Positions 10,340 through 20,625 of a stretch of 64,000 nt of DNA are shown here, piece after piece (positions within the stretch are counted from its first letter, which is position 1; each line of letters opens with the position of its first letter). Source of the DNA: Nitrososphaeria archaeon (GTDB lineage: Archaea; Thermoproteota; Nitrososphaeria; JACIWG01). The notes beneath the pieces are model-generated. The model was not told the origin of the DNA. It searched no databases and saw nothing but the letters and a program-made list of their open reading frames with translations. The position numbers and the translations under genes are program-made. The stretch lies in assembly GCA_050011875.1 (NCBI GenBank), contig JBEKIG010000016.1:1-64000 (forward strand), read 5' to 3'.

Positions 10340-11013
10340 TTATTTTATCATTTTTTCAATAACTGGAACAAGTTGCTTTAGGATGTTTTCTTTTGGAAAA
10401 GGATGGTCCTTGTGTTGTCTAAAACCTTCAGCATATTTAACATTAATTTCTTTTCCTCTTTCTTCAGACCATTTTAACATAGTATTGATATAGTCATCCA
10501 TGCCATGCTGAGCTTTCAGCCAAACTGATCTGCGTAGTAAAGGTGGGGGATCCTATCCATAGCTTTGGAAGGATTAGGCTGTCTTGTGTCATAGTTCGGC
10601 ACTGAAGCTAAAAAGCATGCGTCGAAAGTCAGATAGGAAGCTATCTCATGATCGGGCATATAATCAGTCGGAGACGTCGTTATTACGATGTCTGGGTCAA
10701 CTTTTCTGACTGCTTCAATTACTTTTGCTCTTATACTGTTATCAAACACTGCTTCGCCGTCGGGTACGCCTAAAGTTTCAAAGACGCCATCTAAAATTTT
10801 TGCTGATAAAGTAGCCTCTCCAAATCTTTTTGACGCGATCTCCCGTGGACTTAGGATCTTTGAACCTTTATCACCCGTGCAAACCGATGTAATGTAAATC
10901 CTATATCCTTTCTTATGAAGTAAAGTGAGGGTTCCTGCCATCAGGGATTCGGCATCGTCTGGATGTGCTTCTATAGCTAGAACCTTCTTACTGCCACCTG
11001 AATGGGTATTCAT
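10340..11013 (-). pseudogene. PIG-L/LmbE family N-acetyl-sugar deacetylase with internal deletion and frameshift
   Basis: AHPDD and DYMPDH motifs; ORF stops at 10516 but another frame continues WLKAQHGMDDYI...YAEGFRQHKDHPFP...* to 10340. Confidence 0.85.
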
Positions 11014-11124
11014 GTTATGGAACCAAAGACTACTTTATATAAACTTTTTTCATGTAATTACAAGAGAAGGATTAATATATCTAATTTAACGAGAGATGGA
11101 CGTAATAACTAAAGTGAATTATTT

Positions 11125-12495
11125 TTGGATGTAGACTTTAAAAAAATAAGTCTGGTTGCAGAAGAGATAGTAGAAGAGACTGCGCCCACAATAAAAAGGA
11201 ACTTGCAGATTACATGTGATGAATATGAGTTGAGATGGAAGAGGGTTCAAGACTCCATGTCTAGCAAAGGCTACGACTTTCTATACGTCTGTGGAAGCGA
11301 GTTAGATAGAAGCGATGCTTCATGGCTTGCGGGCACCTTTGATCCTATTATAGAGCGTTACGGCGTGCTTCTGCCTCTTGAAGGAAAACCTGTAATCCTC
11401 GCTGGATCTGAAGGAGGTCACGTTCTAGAGGAGGCTGCAGAGATGTCTACTGCGGAAATAGTTCTACTAAGGGAATTTCAGATTTCTGACGAAGAATATA
11501 GATGGGCTCATTTTGTAGGGCTTAAGGAGGTTCTCAGTCGGATTCGTGCATCAGGTGACATGGGAAGACTTGCGATCGCTTCACCTACTGAAGTTCTTCC
11601 CTACGGTCAACTTTCTATCCTTAAATCGCAGTTTGGTAAGGAAAAAGTCGTCTTTGACACAGAATTACTACAGCTGATTAAGTATGAGAAATCTGACGCT
11701 GAGCTCGCTATTATGCAAGAGGCGAATAAGATAGCAGATGCTGCTTTCAGGGGAATGTTGAATGCGACGGTTCCCGGCGTAACAGAACTCCAAATAGCCT
11801 CAATAGGCGACTTCATAACGAAGGCGTTGGGGGCTGGAAGAACAGGTTTCCCAACAATTGTGACATCAGGTGATCGAGGCTACACAGTAATAGGGCCAGC
11901 CACTGGCAGAGTAATTCATGAAGGCGATGTGGTGTCCATGGGTGTCAGCCCCACTTTTAACGGATACCACGGTGTCATTAGAAGGACTGTTATTTCAGGA
12001 AAAAAGCCAGACGCTAAAGAAGCGGAGTTCCTTCAGGCAGTTGAAGGCCTTTATACAACTGTGATGGATTCGATCAAGTTAGCCGCCAAGGATAATCTTC
12101 CCTCGAACTTTATAGATCAGCGGGGGAAAGAATATCTGGAAAAACTAAAGATCCGAACGTTAAAGGGTGAAGCTCTAACACCCCATGAACCATATACATT
12201 CATCCACAATATGGGATGCTCCGAATGCCAAGAAGGGTATGGCGCGGTGAGTCCCCACACTTTTGCTCCCTTAGGGAATACTGCCGCTTTAGCTATAGAC
12301 GTAGCATTACTGGGCTTCAATGAGAGAGGTAAACCAGTTTTCCCAGTGCTCTATGCTGTAGTAGAGGACGCCTTCTGGAAGAAGAACAATGAAGTAGGTG
12401 TGTACAATAAACTCCCGCTGAACGTACAACATCTAGTAGGCAATATAGAGTCGACTCAAAATAACATTAACCCATATCATAGGCAATTCGGCTAA
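11125..12495 (+). CDS. M24/creatinase-fold protein (Xaa-Pro peptidase family)
   Basis: Creatinase-like N-domain (EYELRWKRVQDSM), KSDAELAIM, PGVTELQIA, FPTIVTSG; metal ligands partly substituted. Confidence 0.8.
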   Translation: MDVDFKKISLVAEEIVEETAPTIKRNLQITCDEYELRWKRVQDSMSSKGYDFLYVCGSELDRSDASWLAGTFDPIIERYGVLLPLEGKPVILAGSEGGHVLEEAAEMSTAEIVLLREFQISDEEYRWAHFVGLKEVLSRIRASGDMGRLAIASPTEVLPYGQLSILKSQFGKEKVVFDTELLQLIKYEKSDAELAIMQEANKIADAAFRGMLNATVPGVTELQIASIGDFITKALGAGRTGFPTIVTSGDRGYTVIGPATGRVIHEGDVVSMGVSPTFNGYHGVIRRTVISGKKPDAKEAEFLQAVEGLYTTVMDSIKLAAKDNLPSNFIDQRGKEYLEKLKIRTLKGEALTPHEPYTFIHNMGCSECQEGYGAVSPHTFAPLGNTAALAIDVALLGFNERGKPVFPVLYAVVEDAFWKKNNEVGVYNKLPLNVQHLVGNIESTQNNINPYHRQFG

Positions 12496-12566
12496 TAAAT
12501 GGAACAATCAATTATATCAAAAAAAGGGCTTTGGGGACAGACTTTTGCTTAATTTTGTTGAACAAA

Positions 12567-13766
12567 TTATGAGAGGCCTTTAAGAGGATACTTGCCATAC
12601 TTCCTTGAATACTTTATCAACGCCTTTATGTTTGGTAACTTGGAGTCGGTCATCGCACCCGTACAGCTAATTATGTAACCGCCACCTACAGCAGCGCTTC
12701 GCATGCATCTCTTCACCTCAGCTTCTACATCACTCATGTTTTTGCTGATAAGAACGTCATGGCCCACGTTTCCTATCAGGCAGATTCTATCTCCTATTTC
12801 TTTCTTAACGTAAGCCAAATCCATTCCCGCTATCTTGTCTATTGATTGGTATGCATGAAAACCTGCATCAACAAACATGTTCATTAGCGATTTGACGTTT
12901 CCATCGGAATGGAGTACAAAATAGGCTCCTTTGCGTCTAAAAACCCTACTCATCCTCTTTAAATTAGGAAGCACAAATTCCTTGAAATGAGCGGGAGAAA
13001 TCCATGGCCCATTCTTATATCCGTAATCCTCACAGATCTGTACTCCATCTGTGCCACAATCTATTGCTACCTTACCAGTTTCTATCGACAGATCTGCATA
13101 CAGTTTGTAAAGAGATCTTATGACATCTGGGTGCGTATAAAACCACTTCAATGCTTCAGAAACACCATACGTATCTGAAACAATGTTATTGGTGCTCCCT
13201 ACATCGGTTAATATGAACATCTTTCCCTTATTCAATTTAACAAGATGTCTAACGTTGTCTAAAGGTGCATTCTTGACTTCTTCAATCATCCGTCTTCCTT
13301 CATTTTTGACGTAAGAACGAACATAATCTGGCCCCTTCATAACTATCGAACTTGTAGGCTCCCAGTTCCAAAAAGAAAGGCTATCGTAGAGCATTCTTTT
13401 TCCATCCACTACCCATTCTCTGTCCGACACTTTCTTTATAGACGTGGGTGGCCTAATTTCTCCTCTCCACCATTCTGTAGGATCCATTCCGACAGCGTAG
13501 AACCGAATCATATCTAATCCAAGTTTTTGATAAGTCTCGTAGCAGTCTTCAGTAAAGCGTTGGTTTAATCGATTTACAGATTCTTTATCTATCATTTTTC
13601 CTTTTGACCAGAGCTCGTACAGGTACTTGTAGTTGTAAAATATCGGCTCTCTGCCAATTATCTGTTTTATGACACTAGGCGGTGAAATTAACATCTCGTA
13701 TGAGGGGACAATATCTGGCTGCCCTAGGTTTAATGCTGTAATAATCCTTTCCCTAGATTGCATCAA
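12567..13766 (-). CDS. Uroporphyrinogen decarboxylase (URO-D/MtaA-CmuA) family protein
   Basis: SRERIITAL...PDIVP, EDYGYKNGPWISP, LHSDGN, GDRICLIGNV, GGGYII. Confidence 0.85.
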   Translation of the reverse strand: MMQSRERIITALNLGQPDIVPSYEMLISPPSVIKQIIGREPIFYNYKYLYELWSKGKMIDKESVNRLNQRFTEDCYETYQKLGLDMIRFYAVGMDPTEWWRGEIRPPTSIKKVSDREWVVDGKRMLYDSLSFWNWEPTSSIVMKGPDYVRSYVKNEGRRMIEEVKNAPLDNVRHLVKLNKGKMFILTDVGSTNNIVSDTYGVSEALKWFYTHPDVIRSLYKLYADLSIETGKVAIDCGTDGVQICEDYGYKNGPWISPAHFKEFVLPNLKRMSRVFRRKGAYFVLHSDGNVKSLMNMFVDAGFHAYQSIDKIAGMDLAYVKKEIGDRICLIGNVGHDVLISKNMSDVEAEVKRCMRSAAVGGGYIISCTGAMTDSKLPNIKALIKYSRKYGKYPLKGLS

Positions 13767-13784
13767 AAACTCACCACATTATAT

Positions 13785-14884
13785 TTAGATATAGTAGTTC
13801 ATATACTCTTCCATGGCCTGGCATAGTGCTTCAACGTTTTCAAGCCTCGCATCCGGATAGATTCCCGCTCCTAGCATCAGACCGCCTTTCTTAGAACCGA
13901 GCTTTAAAATCGCTTTTTTGATGTGATCTCTAATTTCATCAGGTCTTCCAAAGGGCATTAAGCGCTGTCGGTCTATATCTAGAGATATACAAATTCTACC
14001 TTTGCATTCGGTTTCAATATTATCTATTACATTGACAACATCTTGAATGTTCAGAATTGAGGGACCTGCTTCTATGAGGTCTTCAACAACTTCCATCACA
14101 TGCCCGTCTGTATGAAAGTATGGGCGAACTCCTCGATCCCTCACCTTTTTGAATATTCTATAATAGTGTTAAAATAAAAATTCCCTGAACGTCTTCTGGC
14201 TAATAGGCATCCTGTCCTGCATGCATAGGTCATCTCCAAAGTTTATTGCGTCCAAATTAAATTTTAGAAGTTTGTCTACCAATGCTTTATTGTATTTGGT
14301 AATGATGTCTATTAGCTCATAGAGCTTAGGAGGCTTAATAATGAAATCTCTCATCAAGTTTATGTATCCCCTAAGATAGTATAGTCTCTGAAATAGGAAT
14401 CCATGTGGTAGCCCACCTACAACAAGGTAACCTTTTTTTCTAGCATCTTTAAGATCGTCTTCAACCTCCTACCAGTCCATTATAGAACCAATTCCTTGCA
14501 AATATCCAAGCTCTTGTCCTAGGATGGTTCTGCCTCCGGGTAGTCCCAGCTGAGGATCCGGTATATTGAGGTTAATCAAATCGCTCCAGTTCTCTAAAGG
14601 ATGCAGGATAATCAACCCTTCTAAACCGCTCAAATTGTAGGACCAAAGATATCCCCATTCATCTTCGAATGTTTTTCCTTTTATCCTAGGCCCCTAAGTC
14701 ATTAAGGTTTATGTCCCCTTTCTTATACTCCGGGAACAATTTAGGGTGTCCCAACATAATATTCTCAGCTTTTTTTCCAAATTTATTAAGGGTCGCTGGA
14801 AGAAAAGTAATTTAACAAGGAACCCAGCCTGAACCCTTCGTTTCGAGGGCTTTCAAAATTTCTTCTCTTGGCAAGGATGTTCAT
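13785..14884 (-). pseudogene. Second URO-D family gene broken by several stops and frameshifts
   Basis: Pieces PREEILKALE..WVPC*, EDEWG, DW*EV, LFQRLYYLRG, FGDD..MQDRMPIS..FREFLF*HYY, FHTDGH, DIDRQ, GGLML. Confidence 0.85.
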
Positions 14885-15035
14885 AAGTCTTTTCTACTAG
14901 AATTGTTTTATTGAAGTTGAATTTCCATCTATCTTTAGGGGTTCGCACCAATGAATGGATGGAATCTCCTATTCCGCTTTTACTGCCATAATCAGATCAG
15001 TTGAAGCAGGAACAGGAGCCTCTATCACTTAGAGC

Positions 15036-16160
15036 CTATGTGTTTATATCTGGGCCGAATATTTTGAAGAAAACTAGTTCGTCTTTTCCTTCATTGACTA
15101 TCTCATGTTCCGTGGCAGCTTCATAACTAACGAATAATTCATCAGTCTTCGGATTACCTCCAGCTACCTTCACACCATTTACTGTTCCTTGACCCTTCCA
15201 AGCAAGAAGTAGGAAAGGCCCTTTTTCACTCATTTTGGCCTTCTTCTTCGAGGTAACCTTAACTTCTTTACCTGTGAACTTCTTACATATTTTTGGATTG
15301 TATACCCAGTATTCCTTCACAGCCTCATCTTCATTTATCATTTCAGGTACTATATGGTACTTTGTATAGAATTTTGGATCCGTACAGACCTCCCAGTCTA
15401 TAAGCTCTATTGCCTCTTCTTCCGTCTTCGGACCATTAAGCAGGGTCTGCTCTTTTGACCGTACCTTTCCATATACCATCGGCTGAAAAGAGCTGCCCAC
15501 ATCTGATTCTTCCTGAGCTTCCAAGGTTAGTGCAGTACCAGGTGCATGTATGACACCAGCCAAAATAAGGAATCCTTCCCCTACGTTCAATCTATAAGCA
15601 GGGGAAAGATCCAAAACTTTATCATCATTCCATCTTTTCAATATCGGCAAGAGGTCACCTTTAGTCGTGTCAGGGTGCATCCCCAAATGAGAATAAGGAA
15701 GAGGACCCTTGTTTGGGTGATCTAAGAAATAGTACGCTTCTTCTTTAGGATTCATATTCCAGAACTTTTTCGCCTGCTCTTTCCTAGGATGCACGTGCCA
15801 AGCTATCGGTTTTCCTATATCCAAAATCTTCGTTAAGACACCGAATCTATTGTTGTGCAATTTTGCATAATTTTTACCAAGCATTCTTTCAGGAGATAAT
15901 GCTAGAACATCGTTTAAGAACAATTTAACACCATCTATATCTATTTCACTTAATCCTTCATTTTCTATTTTGGTTTGTCCCTTTGCAACTACTGATGAAG
16001 CCATCCAGCGCTCGCATAGCCAGCCTCTTTTACCAGCAGAATAATTTCTTATGCCGAGTCTGCCTAAAGCTGGGTAGTTTCTAGGAACAAATGTCGGCTT
16101 TAGTCTTAGAACACCTCTTTTTTGATCTAGCTCTTTATCGAAAATATTTTCTAAATTCAT
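15036..16160 (-). CDS. Cupin-fold, phosphomannose-isomerase-like protein
   Basis: ERWMAS, LTKILD, HVHP, KEEAYYF, IHAPG, EAQEESD metal-binding cupin motifs. Confidence 0.75.
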   Translation of the reverse strand: MNLENIFDKELDQKRGVLRLKPTFVPRNYPALGRLGIRNYSAGKRGWLCERWMASSVVAKGQTKIENEGLSEIDIDGVKLFLNDVLALSPERMLGKNYAKLHNNRFGVLTKILDIGKPIAWHVHPRKEQAKKFWNMNPKEEAYYFLDHPNKGPLPYSHLGMHPDTTKGDLLPILKRWNDDKVLDLSPAYRLNVGEGFLILAGVIHAPGTALTLEAQEESDVGSSFQPMVYGKVRSKEQTLLNGPKTEEEAIELIDWEVCTDPKFYTKYHIVPEMINEDEAVKEYWVYNPKICKKFTGKEVKVTSKKKAKMSEKGPFLLLAWKGQGTVNGVKVAGGNPKTDELFVSYEAATEHEIVNEGKDELVFFKIFGPDINT

Positions 16161-16218
16161 GACTGTGATTAATCATCGCATATATTTAATTTTTGTGCTC
16201 TCCTTTCTGACCTGTTTC

Positions 16219-16948
16219 CTATAATAGAATTTTAGCGGGTTTTGCAGCTTTAAGCGCGTAAAGCAGTGCCTCAAATTTGTCTATCGTTCCAGACACGTCT
16301 GCTATATTCAAGCCAGCAGCCGATATCCAGTCACTCCTAACATGCATTAGCTTTGTGGTCACTCCTATATTTAGGAAATAGTCTCCAAGTACGCCTTTAG
16401 GCCCAGGTGTTTTAAACCTTGCAGCCGGTAGATAGTCTCCAGGATATGTTGAGTCCATCCAGTCATAAAACGGCGTAATCTCGTCAATGTATCCTAGACT
16501 GCTCCAAGTTGTAAGAGCAGGAATAAATGGACTCCAAGCAAAATCAAAAGGTACAACGCCTAACTTAAATTCCGCACCAGCTTTTGTTGTCAGCTCTAAT
16601 TCCGCCATACTTTCTACCTGCAGTGGTATCTCAGGATGTGCAGCCTGAAAATCTGAAATTAGCGTTGTCCATGCTGTTTCTCCTTGGGGTGTCAAATTTA
16701 TGGTTCGCCAAAATAACAGCTTTTCAGGCGAAGTTGTGATCGGCGTTGTAGCTGTAACTGTGGAAGTTATGGTAGTGGGAACTGTAGTTGCTGACGTAGT
16801 GTAATAGTAGTGGGAACTGTTGAAGTAACGGTCGTTGTCGGTCGGGTACCAAGGTAGACTGCTGCACCACCGACGATGATAACAGCGGCGCTAAGACCAA
16901 TGTATATAAATTTCCTTCTATCAATTTTCTTAGGTTCTTGTTGACTTA
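16219..16948 (-). pseudogene. Truncated, frameshifted sugar-binding protein (paralogue of 1031..2608)
   Basis: N-terminus SQQEPKKIDRRKFIYIGLSAAVIIVGGAAVYLGTRP is very similar to the first SBP; frameshift in Thr-rich linker near 16800; ends at 16219. Confidence 0.85.
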
Positions 16949-17067
16949 AATTTATTCGCTTTACTTTATATAATGTCGTACCAGAGAATTTGTGCCAATA
17001 AGTACCTTTTCCTGAGGCTTTTCCAAGAGCCCCCCAATTACGATATGTTACCGGATAGCTTTAAAAC

Positions 17068-17160
17068 CGTCAACGATCATCAACGTCCGTCAACACCCAT
17101 CAACATTTATCAACAGCCATCAACAGCAGCCGTCAGCGACCATCAACAGCCTCCAACTTA
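17068..17160. repeat. Phased 10-bp repeat array, consensus CRTCAAC-NNN, 9 units
   Basis: Cores at 17068, 17078, 17088, 17098, 17108, 17118, 17131, 17141, 17151. Confidence 0.9.
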
Positions 17161-17284
17161 CGGACGAAGGCCTACAAATGTTGCATCAAGGAAAACATCT
17201 TAACGTTTGACAGATGCCCCAGACAAGTCTGCTGGAAAATCATGAAGTAAAAACCGGACACCGCTTTTGGCGTTAAAAAACCTA

Positions 17285-17360
17285 AATTTAACGGCAAACT
17301 TGACGCACAACTTAACAGGAAACTTAACGGCAAACTTAACACCGACTTAACGGACTTAAC
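17285..17360. repeat. Phased 12-bp repeat array, core AACTTAAC, 7 units
   Basis: Cores at 17285, 17297, 17309, 17321, 17333, 17344, 17353. Confidence 0.9.
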
Positions 17361-17405
17361 AGCCTAATTGTCCATAATCGATACTTACCTTAACAAATCT
17401 CAGGG

Positions 17406-17735
17406 TTGGACCCCATTTTTAAATCTAAGATTATCATATCAATGTTGCAAGCCAAATTCAGGAGACCCACAAATCTTGAGAATAGAATTATTGAATTAGC
17501 TAAACAAAACAATTTGCCTTATAAATATACTGATAATAGCGTATTTGGTATTGGTGGAAAGTATCCTGATTTTACTAATAAAAACCAGAAGATTGTAATT
17601 GAGATTGCAGATAAGGAAGTAAAGAAATTTCGAAAAGGTTATTCTTGAACGAATAAAGCATTTTGGTTTCTATGGGTAAAAGTGTATTGTATTGTGGTCA
17701 GATATGACTGATAAACAGATACTATCTCTTTTAAC
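17406..17735 (+). pseudogene. Remnant of Vsr/DUF559-like PD-(D/E)xK endonuclease
   Basis: PTNLENRIIEL..NNLPYKY...IGGKYPDF....IVIE, then a broken tail ERIKHFGFYG*KCIVLW. Confidence 0.65.
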
Positions 17736-17742
17736 AAGACGT

Positions 17743-17781
17743 AATGCCGACGCGAACGCGGGGTTCAACATAGCGTTGCGT
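17743..17781 (+). mobile_element. Possible C-terminal scrap of a TnpB/Cas12f-type RuvC gene
   Basis: AATGCCGACGCGAACGCGGGGTTCAACATAGCGTTGCGT = NADANAGFNIALR, matching the RuvC-III NADxNAAxNI motif; only 13 codons. Confidence 0.4.
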
Positions 17782-18685
17782 TCACGAGTACAAGTATGTA
17801 GTTCTTGGGCTCATATTTCTAAGATATGTTTCCTTTGCCTTTCAAAAGAGAAAAAGTGAGCTTGAAAAAGATCTTTCAAATCCCAACAGCGGCCAATTGA
17901 TATCTTCTGGAGAATTTAGGACGCAGGCGTTGGAAGATAGGGATAGGTATCTTGCTCAAGGCGTTTTATATGTGCCTAAAAAGGCAACTTGGGATTATTT
18001 AACCAGGAATGCCACACAGCCCAATATTGGAGAACTTCTTGATAATGCAATTGAAATTTTGGAAAATGAGTATCCGAGACAGTTAAAGGATGTCGTACCG
18101 AAAATTTATACAAGCATAAATCTAGACGCATTGGATTATGCATATGTGATAAACCTCTTTTTGAGTATACAGTTTAGTTTAGAATCTAAAAAAAGAGATG
18201 TTTTTGGTGGGATCTATGAATATTTCTTGGGTAAATTTGCTGAAGCAGAAGGGAAGAAGAGAGGTGAGTTCTATACTCCTAGATCCCTCACAAAATTGAT
18301 AGTTGAAGTTCTTGACGTAAGAGGTGGGACAATATTTGATCCAGCTTGTGGAAGCGGTGGCTTCTTTGTTTCTGCCTTGCAAAAGATGATCGACGAAAAC
18401 TTGGATAAGAACACTTTGACAATTTATGGCCAAGAATCAAAACCGATGCCTTGGAAGCTATGCAAGATGAATCTCGCTTTAAGGGGAGCTGAAGGAGACA
18501 TAAGACCTGGAGATTCATATCATGATGATAAGTTCTCTGGTTTAGGAGCAGATTATGTAGTTTCTAATCCTCCATTCAATGACAGCGGATGGGGAGCAGA
18601 CAGAGTCAAGTACGACGATCCAAGATTCAAATATGGGATACCACCTGATAACAATGCAAATTATACATGGATTCAACACTTCATT
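17780..18685 (+). pseudogene. hsdM: Type I restriction-modification methyltransferase (HsdM) fragment, truncated at both ends
   Basis: In frame from 17780 VHEYKYVVLGLIFLRY; GEFYTP, DPACGSGG, YGQE, NPPFN, NANYTWIQHF; no start codon; C-terminal part lost where the convergent GGT gene ends. Confidence 0.88.
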
Positions 18686-18701
18686 TTTTTAGGATTTTTA
18701 A

Positions 18702-20261
18702 TTAGTTTGACTGACCCAACGGTAACCCATCCCCTCTTATATCGCAGCTCGCCCATTTTGTGCTGTCACACACCTTAACACCCTGAGCAACACCAAGGCT
18801 TGAAGAAAAATTAATTCTTTTTATGTTATATCTTTCCGCTAATCGTCCAGTATCTATGCTATCTTCTAATAGAAGTAGTTTTTTGCCTTCAAGAACGAAC
18901 CTAGGATTCTCAATTGCACCCTGTAGTCCTAAATCAAAATCAACATAGTTTGCTACAAGTTGGGCGTATATCTGCGGGCGAAGGTCACCTGCACTCGAAC
19001 CCAGCGCAACAACCTCCTTTTCGCTGGTCAGCAACATGGCTGAAAGTGTGTGCAGTGTTCTTTTTCCTGGTTGAAGTTTGTTTACTCCTTCGAACTTAAA
19101 GTAACTAGCTCTTGAATTAAGAGGAATACCATATTGGGGCACAGTCAGTCCTGAGCCGAAGCCTAGAAACAGACTTTGAATCGCGGAAACTACATTTCCT
19201 TCTCTATCTGCTACCGCAAAATATGTGGTGTCCCCCATGACATTCCGAGGCCTTCCCTTTTGATTATATGATTTAAGCAGTTCAGATGAATACTCCTTTG
19301 ATAGAAGCTTCTTGAGATCTATCTTAACAAATCTGGGATCCGATAAATGTTCATCTCTAACATGATAAGATATCTGAATGAGCTTGAGGAATAATTCAAG
19401 ATATCTGTAGTGTATTGCCCTTAAAGGTTTTAGATCGTATTTTTCTAACATGTTTAGAAGTATAAGTGTTGTGGCACCCATGCTATTTGGTGGAACTTCA
19501 TAGACGTTATAATTCCTATATGTTGTCCTTATTGGAGTTACCCATTCGGGTTTAAATTTCTTCATATCTTCCTTTTCTAATACGCCTTGCTTAGATTGGA
19601 CGTATTCCACTATTGATTCACAAACTTTTCCATCATAAAATCCTTTTGGACCTTCATCCCTGATGATCGATAGTGTCTTAGCTACTTCAGGAAATTTAAT
19701 GATCGCTCCTTCAGATAGTCTTTTTATAGCTCCTAGAAAAATTTTCGATCCACCTTCATCTGATTGTAATATATTAAAGTTCGTATTAAGTGCTTTATAG
19801 AATCCAGCGCTTATTGGATATCCTTTTATGGCTAAATTGATGGAGGGGCTGATGATTTCAGTAAATTTTTTTGAGCCAAATCTTTTATGGAAGTTGAATG
19901 TGCCGTAAACGTAACCTGGAACACTTATTGCGAGGGGTCCTCTTAAAGGCATGCCATCTGTATAGCCGCTCGCTTGAACTTTTTCAATAGTTAGTTTTCT
20001 TGGAGCGAACCCTGAAGAGTTTATGCAGTAAACCCTTCCAGTTTTCTTTTCGTAATATAACGCGAAAAAATCTCCTCCTAATCCACCCAAATGTGGCATC
20101 GCCACCGACAAGGCGAAGCTTGTAGCTATTGAAGCGTCTACAGCATTTCCTCCTCTATCTAATAACTCTAACCCAATCTTTGTGGCAAAATAATTCTCGC
20201 TTGCAACCACACCCCCTCTAGTAATAAAAGGAGACTTTAGTTGCATACTTTTTTTGCCCAT
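18702..20261 (-). CDS. ggt: Gamma-glutamyltransferase family protein
   Basis: GGNAVDA, GLGGD.F, GDTTYF (catalytic Thr), QSLF.GFGSG, PGKRTLHTL. Confidence 0.93.
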   Translation of the reverse strand: MGKKSMQLKSPFITRGGVVASENYFATKIGLELLDRGGNAVDASIATSFALSVAMPHLGGLGGDFFALYYEKKTGRVYCINSSGFAPRKLTIEKVQASGYTDGMPLRGPLAISVPGYVYGTFNFHKRFGSKKFTEIISPSINLAIKGYPISAGFYKALNTNFNILQSDEGGSKIFLGAIKRLSEGAIIKFPEVAKTLSIIRDEGPKGFYDGKVCESIVEYVQSKQGVLEKEDMKKFKPEWVTPIRTTYRNYNVYEVPPNSMGATTLILLNMLEKYDLKPLRAIHYRYLELFLKLIQISYHVRDEHLSDPRFVKIDLKKLLSKEYSSELLKSYNQKGRPRNVMGDTTYFAVADREGNVVSAIQSLFLGFGSGLTVPQYGIPLNSRASYFKFEGVNKLQPGKRTLHTLSAMLLTSEKEVVALGSSAGDLRPQIYAQLVANYVDFDLGLQGAIENPRFVLEGKKLLLLEDSIDTGRLAERYNIKRINFSSSLGVAQGVKVCDSTKWASCDIRGDGLPLGQSN

Positions 20262-20328
20262 TCTTCTTCCTTAAAACCTTTTTTATCTGATTAATGGTGG
20301 AGTCAGCATTTGCATAATTTATTTTATT

Positions 20329-20625
20329 CTATGTGATGTACGGACCTTTTGGATGAGCTATCTGGTCAATTCTGTCTAGATCCACTTTGCTTAAAGTGAA
20401 TTCAGTTGCACCAAAGCATTCTTCAAACTGCACCACACTTGATGCAGCAACGATAGCTGATGCGATAGCAGGATTAGTAAGAAACCAAGCTAGGGCAACT
20501 TGAACAGTTGGCCGTCCAATCTGCTTCGAAAAATCTTCCAGCTCCTTGAGCTATCTTGAGGTTATTAGACCCAAGCAGATTTCAGATACGTTAACGCCGC
20601 ATTTTCCAAGACCCTTATATCTCAT
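20329..20625 (-). pseudogene. Aldo/keto reductase with most of its interior deleted
   Basis: MRYKGLGKCGVNVSEICLG (AKR N-terminus) joined out of frame to LKELEDFSKQIGRPTVQVALAWFLTNPAIASAIV...LSKVDLDRID (AKR C-terminus). Confidence 0.85.

Noticed and set aside
9950-14480. In-frame TAG/TGA codons as pyrrolysine or selenocysteine recoding
   Set aside because: They co-occur with frameshifts, truncations or TAA stops in the same genes, so decay is the simpler explanation.
18686-18778. C-terminal tail of the hsdM ORF
   Set aside because: Read-through into the antisense strand of ggt after the truncation point.
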